Shown: piece after piece, positions 53,042 to 64,000 of the stretch
Layout of the letters: each line of letters starts with the position of its first letter
Numbering within the stretch: position 1 is the stretch's first letter
Source: an uncultured cyanobacterium
GTDB lineage: Bacteria; Cyanobacteriota; Cyanobacteriia; PCC-6307; Cyanobiaceae
Direction of reading: 5' to 3'
DNA length: 64,000 nt
Assembly: GCA_963697335.1 (NCBI GenBank)
Contig: CAVONQ010000018.1
Span: forward strand, 448,001-512,000
The notes under the pieces: generated by a model
What the model was told of the DNA's origin: nothing
What the model saw: only the letters and a program-made list of their open reading frames with translations
Database searches by the model: none
Position numbers and translations under genes: made by a program

Positions 53042-53299
53042 TCAGTCTTCGAGCATGAAGTGCTCGTCGCGGCCCACCGCCTCCAGCAGGGAGGAGAGCC
53101 TGGCGTGGTTGTCGTCGCTGCTGGCGGTGGCCTCGGTGAGCAGCTCCTCGGCCAGGGCCTGCTTGCCGGCGCTGTCGCGGATGGCCCCGGCGGCGGCCTT
53201 CATCTCCACCCGGCGACGGGCGGCGCCCAGGCTCACGCCCATGGCGCTGGCCAGCCTGGCGCAGGCCGCGTTGTAGGCCCGATCAGGGATGCCTGCCAT
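53042..53299 (-). CDS. Conserved hypothetical protein
   Basis: Compact ORF with coding-like composition, ending in FMLED. Confidence 0.65.
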   Translation of the reverse strand: MAGIPDRAYNAACARLASAMGVSLGAARRRVEMKAAAGAIRDSAGKQALAEELLTEATASSDDNHARLSSLLEAVGRDEHFMLED

Positions 53300-53391
53300 G
53301 GAGTTGCCCGCAGGGGGTGGGTGATCCTCCAGTATCCCAGCCACTCCGCCTCGACCCCTGGGCGGATTCCCACTGTCTCAGCAGCGAGGCT

Positions 53392-54651
53392 TCAGGATCC
53401 GGCCAGGAGTCGCTGCTCCAGAAGCACGGCCAGCCGTTGGCTACCCCCGGCCGTTCCCATGCGTCGCCGTCCGATCCGGCCCAGGGTCTGCCGCAGGGCT
53501 GGGTCGGCCAGGAGTGTGCTGAGGCGCTCCGCCAATTCCTGGGGGCTGTGGCAGGGCTGCACGGCGCCGCCCAGCAGACGGCTCTGGCGCCGCGCGAAGC
53601 CCGCCTTGAACTGGGGGCCAGGGCCCGGCAGTGACAGCACCGGCACGCCAAGCCCGGCGAGCTGCTCGGTGGCGGTGCCGGCCGTGGCCAGCCCCACCTC
53701 GGCCCAGCCGGCCCACTGCTGGAAGCGGCCTGGACCCAACAGCACCTGCAGCTCACCCCTCCGCCAGCTGGCGATGGCGCCGCAGGCCTCCGGCTCCGGC
53801 GTCAGTGCGCCCCCCTCCAGGCCATGGTGGCGCAGCAGCTGGTCCCATTCGTTCGAATCGGGTCTGGCAGCGCTCGCCAGCAGCAGCGTCGTGGGGCACG
53901 TCGGCTCCCAGGCCTTCAGCACCCCCAGCAGCCTGGAGGCATTGCGCAGCGATTCCTGCTCCCGGCTGCCTGGCAGCAGCAGCAGCCGTTGCCGTCGGGC
54001 CAGCCAGGCCGGCGGCGCTGGCTGCTGCTCCAGGCCATCCAGCATGGGGTTGCCCGGGGCCAGGGCGGCAACCCCATGCCGGCGCAGGCCCCGGGCCGTG
54101 AAGCGGTCCCGCACGGCCACCATCCGGCAGCGCTGATGGCGCATCAGAGCCCATTCCCAGGGATCCCATTCGCTTCCCTTGCAGGCGTGGTAGCGGTCGG
54201 CCACGGGGCTGCTGCCCCAGCCGGCAGGGGGCGCTGTGGCCCAGGTGAAATCGCTCTTCGGGGTGCCGATGAAGCCGTAGGCAGCGCCACTGGCCCAGGC
54301 CAGCAGCAGGGGCAGCAGATCCCCCACCGCCAGCAACGGCGCACCGCTGCGTCCCCAGGCCCGCACCCAGCGCCATTGATGCCAGCTGAGCTGGGCCAGC
54401 CCGGCGAGCAGGTCCTGGCCCAGGCCCCCGAGGCTCTGGTTGGAAAAGCCGCCGCTGGGCAAGGGGCTGCGGGGCCCCACCAGCTGGAGCTGGCCCGCTG
54501 CGGCCGCAGCGGCGAAGACCCGGCCCTCGCCCACCAGGGGCAGCACCCGCACGGGACGCTCGGGCTGGTGGCGCCGCAGGGCCTGCACCACCCGCAGGGC
54601 GATCAGATCCTCTCCGTGGCCGTTGCTCAGAACCAGCAGCGGGAGAGGCAT
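53392..54651 (-). CDS. Lipid-A-disaccharide synthase-related glycosyltransferase
   Basis: LSNGHGED, PSGGF, GNPMLD, LLPGSR, AGTATEQ, PG.GPQF. Confidence 0.85.
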   Translation of the reverse strand: MPLPLLVLSNGHGEDLIALRVVQALRRHQPERPVRVLPLVGEGRVFAAAAAAGQLQLVGPRSPLPSGGFSNQSLGGLGQDLLAGLAQLSWHQWRWVRAWGRSGAPLLAVGDLLPLLLAWASGAAYGFIGTPKSDFTWATAPPAGWGSSPVADRYHACKGSEWDPWEWALMRHQRCRMVAVRDRFTARGLRRHGVAALAPGNPMLDGLEQQPAPPAWLARRQRLLLLPGSREQESLRNASRLLGVLKAWEPTCPTTLLLASAARPDSNEWDQLLRHHGLEGGALTPEPEACGAIASWRRGELQVLLGPGRFQQWAGWAEVGLATAGTATEQLAGLGVPVLSLPGPGPQFKAGFARRQSRLLGGAVQPCHSPQELAERLSTLLADPALRQTLGRIGRRRMGTAGGSQRLAVLLEQRLLAGS

Positions 54652-54695
54652 GCCATGGCTGATACGATCCGCTCACGGGAGTTTGCTCCCTGGCC

Positions 54696-54766
54696 GGCGG
54701 CATGGCCAAGTGGTAAGGCAGAGGATTGCAAATCCTTTACCCCCAGTTCGAATCTGGGTGCCGCCT
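54696..54766 (+). tRNA. tRNA-Cys(GCA)
   Basis: GGCGGCA/TGCCGCC acceptor stem, GAGGA-TT-GCA-AA-TCCTT anticodon arm; TACGAT -10-like hexamer at 54663-54668. Confidence 0.97.
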
Positions 54767-54792
54767 CTTCTTGAACTGCCGGGCGGCAGGCG

Positions 54793-55338
54793 CTAGGGGG
54801 CTGCCTCGGCGATCCAGGAACCTCCCTCCCGGCTGCTGGCATCGCAGCGCACCCGGTCGCGCTCCAACACGCAACTGCCCTGCACCAGGTGGGTCTGGGG
54901 CAGCCCCATGATCAACCCCCGGTCGTCGTAGCGGCTGTCCGCCACCGTGCTCACCAGCAGCCGCGTCGGCCACTGGGGCTCGCACTGGCCATTGGCGGAG
55001 CAGCGCATGGCGGGATGCCCCTCCTTGAGTTGGCCCACGAACAGCAGCTCCTCGGCCCTTGCCTGGGATCCGACAGCCTCCACCTGGAACCGCACCGTGA
55101 GCAGGCCGGCCAGGTTTTGATCCAGGCGCACAGCCTGGCAGTTCTGCTCGCGTCGGTTGATCTGCAGATCGCAGTGGCGTGTGGCGCTGGTCCAGCGCCC
55201 AAAGCCCTCGGCCCGCACTCCCTGGCGCCCAGCCAGGAGGCCGGCCAGCCCGGCTGTCGCCAGCAGCAGGCCCGCAGCCCCGCCCAGCCAGGGCGCCCAG
55301 CCTGCCCCCCCGGGGCTCGGTGGCCTGGCAGACCTCAG
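54793..55338 (-). CDS. Hypothetical exported/membrane-anchored protein with six Cys
   Basis: Hydrophobic segment WLGGAAGLLLATAGLAGLLA then a beta-rich domain with 6 Cys; start uncertain. Confidence 0.55.
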   Translation of the reverse strand: MRSARPPSPGGAGWAPWLGGAAGLLLATAGLAGLLAGRQGVRAEGFGRWTSATRHCDLQINRREQNCQAVRLDQNLAGLLTVRFQVEAVGSQARAEELLFVGQLKEGHPAMRCSANGQCEPQWPTRLLVSTVADSRYDDRGLIMGLPQTHLVQGSCVLERDRVRCDASSREGGSWIAEAAP

Positions 55339-55505
55339 TAGCCCGAATCGGCCACGCAGAACCCCTGGCAGCTGATGCCATTGCTGGCGGTGCGGCCACA
55401 GTGGTTGCAGAGCACCGGCTCGGCGCCGGCCGCTGGCGGAGAGGAACTGGAACAAGGCACTTCGGCAGGCTGGCTGGAGGAGTCGGGCGTTGGCAGCGCG
55501 CTCAT
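55335..55505 (-). CDS. Small Cys-rich hypothetical protein
   Basis: C-terminal CNHCGRTASNGISCQGFCVADSGY (CxxC-x9-CxxxC). Confidence 0.6.
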   Translation of the reverse strand: MSALPTPDSSSQPAEVPCSSSSPPAAGAEPVLCNHCGRTASNGISCQGFCVADSGY

Positions 55506-55540
55506 CTTGGACTCTTTCACCCCGGGCTCGATTCCACACC

Positions 55541-56521
55541 ATGGCGCATTCCTCCCCCTCCCTGCCCGCCGCTCCCGGCATCGGGGTGGGCACCTGGGCC
55601 TGGGGCAATCAGCTGCTCTGGGGCTATGACCCCAGCCAGGACGCCACCCTGCAAGCCACGTTCCAGCGGGCGGTGGCGCTGGGCCTGCACTGGTTCGACA
55701 CGGCGGACTCCTATGGCACCGGGCGCCTGACCGGCCGCAGTGAGCAGTTGCTGGGTCGCTTCTGTGCGGCCCTGCCGCCGGACCAGAGGGAACGCCTCCT
55801 GGTGGCCACCAAGCTGGCCCCCTTCCCCTGGCGGTTGGGCCGCGGTGGCTTCCGCCAGGCGTTTGCCGCCTCGCGCCGTCGCCTGCAGGGGAAGCTCGAC
55901 CGGGTCCAGCTGCACTGGAGCACGGCCCGCTATGCCCCCTGGCAGGAGGGGCCGCTGCTGGAGGGCCTGGCCGATCTGGTGCGTGAGGCTGAGGTGGCGG
56001 AGCTGGGGGTGTCCAACGTGGGCCCGCGGCGGTTGCGCCAGATGCATCAGCGCCTGGCGGCCCGGGGCGTGCGGCTCGCGAGCGTGCAGGTGCAGCTCTC
56101 GCTGCTCTCGCCGGCTCCCATCGAACCAGGTGGCGTGTCCGAGGTGTGCCGGGAGCTGGGCATCGAGCTGATCGCCTACAGCCCCCTGGCCCTAGGGCTG
56201 CTGGCGGCCGGTGACGAGACGCCGCCCCCAGCAGGAGCCCGGGGGGCCCTGTTCCGCCGCTTGGCGCCCCAGCTGGCTCCGTTGCGTGAGGCCATGGCCG
56301 CGATGGCTCAGCGCCGTGCTGCCCCGGCGGCGGCCGTGGCGCTCAACTGGTGCCGCTCCCACGGCGCCATGCCGATTCCCGGACTGCGCAGCCCCGCCCA
56401 GGCTGAAGCGGCTGCCGCCGCAGGCCAATGGCAGCTGGAGACGGCTGAGCGCGAGTTGCTTGATGAACTGGCTGCTGGGCTGCTGCGCAGGATGCCCGCC
56501 AACCCCCTGGCCAGCGCCTGA
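55541..56521 (+). CDS. Aldo/keto reductase
   Basis: G.GTWAWG, FDTADSYG, ATK, QLHW, GVSN, AYSPLA.G. Confidence 0.92.
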   Translation: MAHSSPSLPAAPGIGVGTWAWGNQLLWGYDPSQDATLQATFQRAVALGLHWFDTADSYGTGRLTGRSEQLLGRFCAALPPDQRERLLVATKLAPFPWRLGRGGFRQAFAASRRRLQGKLDRVQLHWSTARYAPWQEGPLLEGLADLVREAEVAELGVSNVGPRRLRQMHQRLAARGVRLASVQVQLSLLSPAPIEPGGVSEVCRELGIELIAYSPLALGLLAAGDETPPPAGARGALFRRLAPQLAPLREAMAAMAQRRAAPAAAVALNWCRSHGAMPIPGLRSPAQAEAAAAAGQWQLETAERELLDELAAGLLRRMPANPLASA

Positions 56522-56530
56522 TCCTGCTGA

Positions 56531-57178
56531 TCAGAAGGGGGAGGGCGCCGGCGTGAGCACCACGGGCAACACCTCGGGGTGGGGCGTCTCCCCGTCGGCT
56601 GGGGCTGGCACACTGCCGCGGTTGACGGCCTCCCTGGCTGCTGCCTGGGTTCCCCGCTCTGGGCCGCAGGCCTCCAGGGCCTCCTTGAGCAGGGAGTCGA
56701 AGGTGGCACCGGGCAGACGGTGGCGGGCCAGCTCCATGAAGGCCCTGGAGAGGGATTCCCCAGCGGCGGCCCGCAGGGCTGGATTGTTGCGGCGGAGCTC
56801 CTGCTCCTCGGCGATGGCGCGGATGAACCGCTCAGTCACATCCCGCTTGGTGCTGGCCCGGATACGGGTGTCGAGTTCGGTCTGGGTGAGGCTGAGCTGG
56901 CCCTCCAGTTCAGCCAGCCGGCGCAGCAGGCTCTCCAGCACTTCGCGGGCCTCCTTGGCGATATGGGCCAACTGGCCGTCGGAGAGCCGCGGTAGATCAG
57001 CCACGTACACCTTGCCGTGGTCGCGCAGGGTCAGGAAGGTGGGCCGCAGGCCACTGCGGCTCGTGCCGGGATGGCCCTCCCGCGGCCGAATCGGCCGAAT
57101 CGGTGGCACCGGACCGGCCGAGCTGCGGCGGCGGGTGATGCGGGAACCGGAGGTGAAGGGAGGCTGCGACTGATTCAT
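56531..57178 (-). CDS. Conserved picocyanobacterial coiled-coil hypothetical protein
   Basis: RPTFLTLRDHGKVYVADLP.LSDGQL, AAGESL.RAF.E.ARHRLPG.TFDSLL. Confidence 0.7.
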   Translation of the reverse strand: MNQSQPPFTSGSRITRRRSSAGPVPPIRPIRPREGHPGTSRSGLRPTFLTLRDHGKVYVADLPRLSDGQLAHIAKEAREVLESLLRRLAELEGQLSLTQTELDTRIRASTKRDVTERFIRAIAEEQELRRNNPALRAAAGESLSRAFMELARHRLPGATFDSLLKEALEACGPERGTQAAAREAVNRGSVPAPADGETPHPEVLPVVLTPAPSPF

Positions 57179-57272
57179 GCGTTGATGCGGTGGGCGGTGG
57201 GAGGCGAACGAACTGGAGATGGGGCGGGCCCCCTCAATCTGCCAGTGCAGCGGCGGCGGTGGCTGGTGCCGC

Positions 57273-58313
57273 TCAGAGCGGCAACCCGGCCAGGACTGGA
57301 GCCGCGCTCGGATCGTCAGCGGCCCGCACCTCTCCCAGGGGCCAGGCCGCGTATCCCGTGGTGGCACAGCAGGCCAGAGCCTCCTCCAGCGCCTCAGGCG
57401 GCACCACCAGGCAAAACCCCACGCCCTGGTTGAAGGTGTTCCAGAGGTCGGCCTCCGGCACATCGCCGGCCTCCTGCAGCCAGCGAAACACGGCCGGGCG
57501 TTGCCAGCTCTGGGGATCGATGCTCGCCTGGAGCCCCGGCGGCAGGCAGCGAGGCAGGTTTTCGGGCAGCCCTCCGCCGGTGATGTGGGCCATGCCCCGC
57601 ACGGGGATGGCGCTGGCCAGCAAGGCCTTCACCAGGCCGCCGTAGAGGCGGGTCGGGGTGAGCAGGGTGTCGATCAGGGCGCGGTCACTGCCAGGCAGTG
57701 GGGTGTCGGCCCCGGCGCCGCTGGCCTCCAGGATCCGCCGAACCAGGCTGAAGCCGTTGCTGTGGACGCCGCTGCTGGCGATCCCCACAATCCGGTCGCC
57801 GGCCTGGATCCGGGCGCCATCGATCAGGGCGTCGGCCTCCACCACGGCCACACAGAAGCCGGCCAGGTCGTAGCGCCCGGGGCCGTAGAAGCCGGGCATC
57901 TCCGCCGTTTCTCCCCCCAGCAGGGCACAGCCGCTCTGGCTGCAGCCAGCGGCGATGCCCTCCACCACCGCCGCCATCGCCTCAGGGCTGAGCTTGCCGG
58001 TGGCGATGTAATCGAGAAAAAACAGCGGCTCGGCGCCGGTGGTGATCACGTCGTTGACGCACATCGCCACCAGGTCAAGGCCTACCCCGTGGTGGCTCTG
58101 GTGGGCCTGGGCCAGCTCCAGTTTGGTGCCCACGCCGTCCGTGCCTGACACAAGCAGGGGGTCCTTGAGCCCGGCAGGCAGCCGGCAGAGGCCGCCGAAG
58201 CCCCCGAGCCCGCCCACCACCTCGGGCCGTCGGGTGGCCTCCACCGAGCTGCGGATGCGATCGACAAAGGCGCGACCGGCCACCACGTCCACCCCGGCAG
58301 TGCGGTAATCCAT
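57273..58313 (-). CDS. purM: Phosphoribosylformylglycinamidine cyclo-ligase
   Basis: [47 protein letters not shown]. Confidence 0.98.
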   Translation of the reverse strand: MDYRTAGVDVVAGRAFVDRIRSSVEATRRPEVVGGLGGFGGLCRLPAGLKDPLLVSGTDGVGTKLELAQAHQSHHGVGLDLVAMCVNDVITTGAEPLFFLDYIATGKLSPEAMAAVVEGIAAGCSQSGCALLGGETAEMPGFYGPGRYDLAGFCVAVVEADALIDGARIQAGDRIVGIASSGVHSNGFSLVRRILEASGAGADTPLPGSDRALIDTLLTPTRLYGGLVKALLASAIPVRGMAHITGGGLPENLPRCLPPGLQASIDPQSWQRPAVFRWLQEAGDVPEADLWNTFNQGVGFCLVVPPEALEEALACCATTGYAAWPLGEVRAADDPSAAPVLAGLPL

Positions 58314-58593
58314 CGCTTTCAGCCAGCGTTCACGGCACCGATCCTCCGATGCCGCCGGCCAGGGTGCCTCAGGCAGGTCCAGCCGAGGCATGGGCCGGCT
58401 GATGGGTTGGCCGGTTGCACGATCGGCACAAGCTTGAATCAGTTTGGCTTATCACCTTGATCGGATCGGCTGATGATTGCCGGGTCCAGAACAGCTCCCA
58501 ATCCCAGTCTGTGGCTTGCGAGTGCGCTCTGATCATGAATTCTGATCAAATTCCTTGTAGCGGAAAGCGCCAAAACCCGGCTTGGGTTGCCCT

Positions 58594-58727
58594 TACTTTG
58601 GCGAGGTTGTTGTTCAGGTTCAGGAATTCCGCAGGCAAATGTCCTTCCACTGAAAGCTTTTAGCTGGGAGTTACCAATGCCTACGAACCTCACTCAGGTT
58701 GCTGTTCTGCAGCGGATTTCGCTTGTT
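58594..58727 (+). promoter_or_regulatory. Putative promoter and structured 5' leader of rlpA
   Basis: TACTTT -10-like hexamer at 58594-58599; nested helices across 58616-58690. Confidence 0.45.
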
Positions 58728-59231
58728 ATGCGTCGCACTCTTTCCTTCGGGGCCCTGGCCCTCACCCTGGCCGCCGGCGCCGTAGTTCCCGCCCTGGCCG
58801 CCGACCCCAGCAGCCTCAACGCTGCTGAGCAGTCCCAGGGTCTGGCCATCCTCGACAGCGAGTTCTCCCCGGCTCCCTTTGAGGGGCTGAACAAGCTGGC
58901 CCCTTCCGTTCGGATCGCCACCAGCAACCCCGACGTGGTCAAGGTGATCCGGGGTCAGGCCAGCTGGTACGGCCCCGGCTTCTTCGGAAACCGCACCGCC
59001 AATGGTGAGCACTTCCGCCCTGGCACCCTCACGGCGGCCCACCGCACCCTGCCTTTCGGCACCAAGGTGCGCGTCACCAATCTGCGCAACGGCCGCACCA
59101 CGGTGGTGCGCATCAACGACCGCGGCCCCTTCCATGGCAACCGGGTGATCGACCTGGCCCACGGCGCCGCCCATGAGGTGGGTCTGGTGTCATCCGGACT
59201 GGCTCCGGTGAAGCTCGAAGTGCTGCGCTGA
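58728..59231 (+). CDS. rlpA: RlpA-family lytic transglycosylase (DPBB domain)
   Basis: Signal peptide; GQASWYGPGF.G..TANGE, TAAHRTLPFGT, VRINDRGPF, IDL. Confidence 0.93.
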   Translation: MRRTLSFGALALTLAAGAVVPALAADPSSLNAAEQSQGLAILDSEFSPAPFEGLNKLAPSVRIATSNPDVVKVIRGQASWYGPGFFGNRTANGEHFRPGTLTAAHRTLPFGTKVRVTNLRNGRTTVVRINDRGPFHGNRVIDLAHGAAHEVGLVSSGLAPVKLEVLR

Positions 59232-59342
59232 GATCCGGCCCCGCACCGGACCCCTGCCTCAACAGCCGGGACCGCTTCCAGGATGATGCTTCCCCCCGGG
59301 CCCTTCAGGGCACGGGGGGTTTGTTCTGTTGACTCGAGCTCC

Positions 59343-60890
<1,548 letters not shown>

Positions 60891-60937
60891 GGCCAGCCGC
60901 TGCCCCTGATGCAGGGTCCCACCTGCCGGCGACGCAT

Positions 60938-61429
60938 TCAGTGCGGCCGCAGCGTCTCCAGCAGCCCCGCGCAGGCGTCCTCCAGCAGATCGAGCACCTG
61001 CTCAAAGCCCTCGGGGCCGCCGTAGTAGGGGTCGGGCACCGCCTTGGCCGTGTTCCGCCGGCAGAACCGGGTCAGGGGGGTGATGCGGGCCCGGTTGGAG
61101 CCGGATTGGGCCCGCTGGCTGAGGGCCCTCACCTGGGCGAGGTTGTCGTCGTCCATGGTGAGGATGTGGTCGAAGTCGCTGATGTCGGCGAGCTGGATCT
61201 GGCGGGCCCGGCTGGTGAGCTGAATGCCCCGCCTGGCGGCGGCCGCCTGCATGCGCTCGTCCGGCGGGTGGCCCCGATGCCAGCCGCCGGTTCCGGCGGA
61301 GTCGACCAGGAAGTGATCCTGGAGCTGCTCGAGGGCCAGCTGATGCAGGAACACGCCCTCGGCGGCGGGGGAGCGGCAGATGTTGCCCAGGCAGACGAAC
61401 AGCACTCGGGTGGGTTGGGAGGACGTCAT
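60938..61429 (-). CDS. Low molecular weight protein-tyrosine phosphatase
   Basis: VLFVCLGNICRSP, DSAGT, DPYYG. Confidence 0.95.
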   Translation of the reverse strand: MTSSQPTRVLFVCLGNICRSPAAEGVFLHQLALEQLQDHFLVDSAGTGGWHRGHPPDERMQAAAARRGIQLTSRARQIQLADISDFDHILTMDDDNLAQVRALSQRAQSGSNRARITPLTRFCRRNTAKAVPDPYYGGPEGFEQVLDLLEDACAGLLETLRPH

Positions 61430-62097
61430 GGTGTGGCCAGCCGCTGCAGGGCCAAGGCGGCGCGTTGGCGCACCACCGGGGGATTGCCGGCCTCCTCCAG
61501 CGCCAGCCTGCCCAGGCCGTCCCGGCACTGCCGCAGGCTCTCGGAGGGCGCTGGCAGGCCCGGAGCCAGGGATTCCAGTCCCACGGCCACCGCGTAGCGC
61601 ACCACCCACTCGCCATCGAGGCTGGCGGCCAGCAGCGCCTCAAGGCATCGCTGCTGCACGGCCTGGGCCCGCTGCGGCGGCAACGCCGCCAGCTCCAGCT
61701 GGCCCAGGCCCCGGGCGGCAGCGCGCCGCACACTGGCGGCCACATCGGTGCCAAGCGCCTCGATCAGCAGCTCCAGGCCCCGGACGTCGCGGATTCCGGC
61801 CAGGGCCCGCACCGCCCAGGCCCGGGCGCCGTAGTTCTCGGCATCGAGCTGGAGCAGGGCTTCCACGGCCCCCTCGCCGATGCCTACCAGCCCCTCCACG
61901 GCGGCGACGGCCGCGCCGGGGTTGTTGAAGCCGAGCACCTTCACCAGGGTGGCCGCGGCCTGGGGATCACTGCGGCTGGCCAGGGCCCGGGTGGCCTGCG
62001 CCAGGGCCAGGCTGCTGTCGGCCTGTTCCACCGCCTCGATCAGGCGGTCCAGCTCATGGCTTGTCTGGGGCTGGATGGCGCCGTTCATGCCGCTCAC
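61426..62097 (-). CDS. cpcF: Phycocyanin alpha phycocyanobilin lyase CpcF
   Basis: HEAT repeats, LGFNNPGAAVAAV, NYGARAWA, EWVVRYA. Confidence 0.9.
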   Translation of the reverse strand: MSGMNGAIQPQTSHELDRLIEAVEQADSSLALAQATRALASRSDPQAAATLVKVLGFNNPGAAVAAVEGLVGIGEGAVEALLQLDAENYGARAWAVRALAGIRDVRGLELLIEALGTDVAASVRRAAARGLGQLELAALPPQRAQAVQQRCLEALLAASLDGEWVVRYAVAVGLESLAPGLPAPSESLRQCRDGLGRLALEEAGNPPVVRQRAALALQRLATP

Positions 62098-62918
62098 AGC
62101 AGGGCGTCCATGCTGGCGAACAGGGCCAGCTCATCCGGCTCGCCCTGGCCCCGTTCCACCAGACCCCGCAGAGCGATCAGTTTCAGGCTGTTTTCGGCCA
62201 GGGTGGCACTGATCGCGGCCAGGGCGGGTCGCCAGCCGGCGGCGCCGAGGTCCATCAGGGCAGCCCGTCGCACCTGCAGCTGGGGATGGCCCAATAGCTC
62301 CACCAGCAGCTCACCCCAGCAGGGGTCGCCGCTCAGTTGCAGCAGGCTGCGGGCGGCGGCGCTGCGCACGAGGGGGCGGGGGTGATCGATGAAGGGCCGC
62401 ATCACGGCGATCACCTCAGGCCGGGCCACGCCGATCTCGCCCAGGGCCTCCAGCAGGGCTTCGCAGGGTTCCTGCAGCCTGGGGCTGCCCGGCTCCTGGG
62501 CTCCTGCGCTCTCCGGGCCGCTGGCCAGACGCCGGCAGAGGGCCTCCACGGCCTCCACGGCGCCGATCTCGCCGAGGGCGCGGGCGGCCGCTTCCCGCAG
62601 CCCATGGTCGGCATCCTCCAGGGTGTCGAGCAGGTCGGGGATGGCGATAGCTGAGGCGGGAGCCAGCTTCCCGAGGGAGCGGGCCGCATTGCGGGCCACG
62701 GCGTTCTCCTCCACTCCTGCCCCTGGGTCCCGCGGCCGTCGCTGGCCCAGGGCCTGCTGCAGCAGGGGGATGGTGTCGGGGTGGCTGCAGCGCATGCGGC
62801 CCACCCACCAGGCGGCGTAGTACTGCTGCGAGGGGTCGGTGCTCTGGCGAAGCCGCGCCAGGGCCTCGGCTTCGCTGATCGGCTCCCCGGCTGGGGCTGC
62901 CTTGGGGGGTGCGGCCAT
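62094..62918 (-). CDS. cpcE: Phycocyanin alpha phycocyanobilin lyase CpcE
   Basis: YYAAWW.G, RNAARSLGK, LQVRRAALMDLGA, AENSLKLIALRGL, MDALL. Confidence 0.9.
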   Translation of the reverse strand: MAAPPKAAPAGEPISEAEALARLRQSTDPSQQYYAAWWVGRMRCSHPDTIPLLQQALGQRRPRDPGAGVEENAVARNAARSLGKLAPASAIAIPDLLDTLEDADHGLREAAARALGEIGAVEAVEALCRRLASGPESAGAQEPGSPRLQEPCEALLEALGEIGVARPEVIAVMRPFIDHPRPLVRSAAARSLLQLSGDPCWGELLVELLGHPQLQVRRAALMDLGAAGWRPALAAISATLAENSLKLIALRGLVERGQGEPDELALFASMDALL

Positions 62919-63026
62919 GGAACGCGTCCCCGCGGGGGGGTGGCTGGAACTGATGATGGCAGCCCGGGCGACGGCTGTCCGGCTGACGGCCTCTCGCCAG
63001 AGCAGCCCGTTTGCAGTGTGGACACC

Positions 63027-63048
63027 AAAAAGCCCCCTGAGCGGGGGC
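63027..63048 (-). terminator. Intrinsic terminator after cpcA
   Basis: GCCCCC-gctca-GGGGGC-TTTTT on the minus strand. Confidence 0.7.
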
Positions 63049-63111
63049 GAAGGATCCGATCCCCCTTGGGGGGAAGGGTTGATTGGTTTGCGGCTGAGTC
63101 CTGAGAAGGAT

Positions 63112-63600
63112 TCAGACGAGAGCGCTGATGGCGTAGTCGATGTAGTTGTTGGCGATGACACCGGGGTCGCCGGAGATGCCGTGGTTGGCCTTGATGTAGG
63201 AGAGGGCCTCGACGTACCAGGAGGGGGAGAGCTCGAAGGCACGGTTGATCTCATCGAGACCGGCGACGAGGTACTCATCCATGGGGCCGGTGCCACCAGC
63301 CACGAGGCAGTAGGTGACCATGCGGAGGTAGTAGCCGATGTCCCGAGCGCACTTGGCCTTGCCGCGTGAATCGGAGGCGTAGTTGCTGCCCTGCATCTGG
63401 GTGGTGTAGGGGAACTTGCTGTAGACGGCCTGGGCGGCGCCGTTCACGAGCTCATCGGCTTTGGCGGTGAGGGTTTTGGCAGCGCTGAGGGCGTTGGCAG
63501 CGCGCTCAAAGCGACCGAAGGCGGCGTTGAGCTCGGTGTTGGAGAGGAAGCGGCCCTGGGAATCAGCGGCGGCGACGGCCTCGGTGAGGGGGGTCTTCAT
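63112..63600 (-). CDS. cpcA: C-phycocyanin alpha subunit
   Basis: [31 protein letters not shown] (Cys84), GGTGPMDEY. Confidence 0.98.
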   Translation of the reverse strand: MKTPLTEAVAAADSQGRFLSNTELNAAFGRFERAANALSAAKTLTAKADELVNGAAQAVYSKFPYTTQMQGSNYASDSRGKAKCARDIGYYLRMVTYCLVAGGTGPMDEYLVAGLDEINRAFELSPSWYVEALSYIKANHGISGDPGVIANNYIDYAISALV

Positions 63601-63670
63601 GGTGAGAGAGAAGGAAGAGGTGAACCCGCGTTGAGGCGGGTGAGTTGAAGAGAAGGAGGGGCCGAGGCGA

Positions 63671-64000
<330 letters not shown>

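Noticed and set aside
1745..54766. tRNA genes as integration sites of genomic islands
   Set aside because: No integrase, no duplicated tRNA 3' end and no compositional shift seen next to any of the four tRNAs

Overview
GC-rich (roughly 70% by eye) chromosomal segment from a picocyanobacterium, most consistent with Cyanobium / Synechococcus subcluster 5.2 (C-phycocyanin cpcBA-cpcEF, crtD, ndhN, ldpA, psaD). It is almost entirely core genome: the large ribosomal-protein cluster (rplC to rplQ, secY, adk, rpoA, truA, rplM, rpsI, rpmE, prfA), recA with a LexA box, recF, ppc, gshA, trpE, psaD, rodA, mrp, hemF, purM, rlpA, panC-cmk, four tRNAs (Ser-GCT, Gln-TTG, Arg-CCG, Cys-GCA) and the end of a phycocyanin operon. 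I saw no integrase, transposase, prophage or CRISPR array, and no clearly new multi-gene system. The best leads are non-coding or translational: a structured, possibly switchable rlpA leader; a ~450-nt rplC leader; a tRNA-Gln with a 17-bp tandem array partly complementary to its own leader; genes apparently needing non-canonical (ATC/CTG) starts (recF, ldpA, a Cys-rich exported protein); a JAMM + MoeZ + Fe-S-type LarE sulfur-handling neighbourhood; and a small Cys4 protein next to tRNA-Cys. All calls come from motif recognition by eye; no searches or folding were run.
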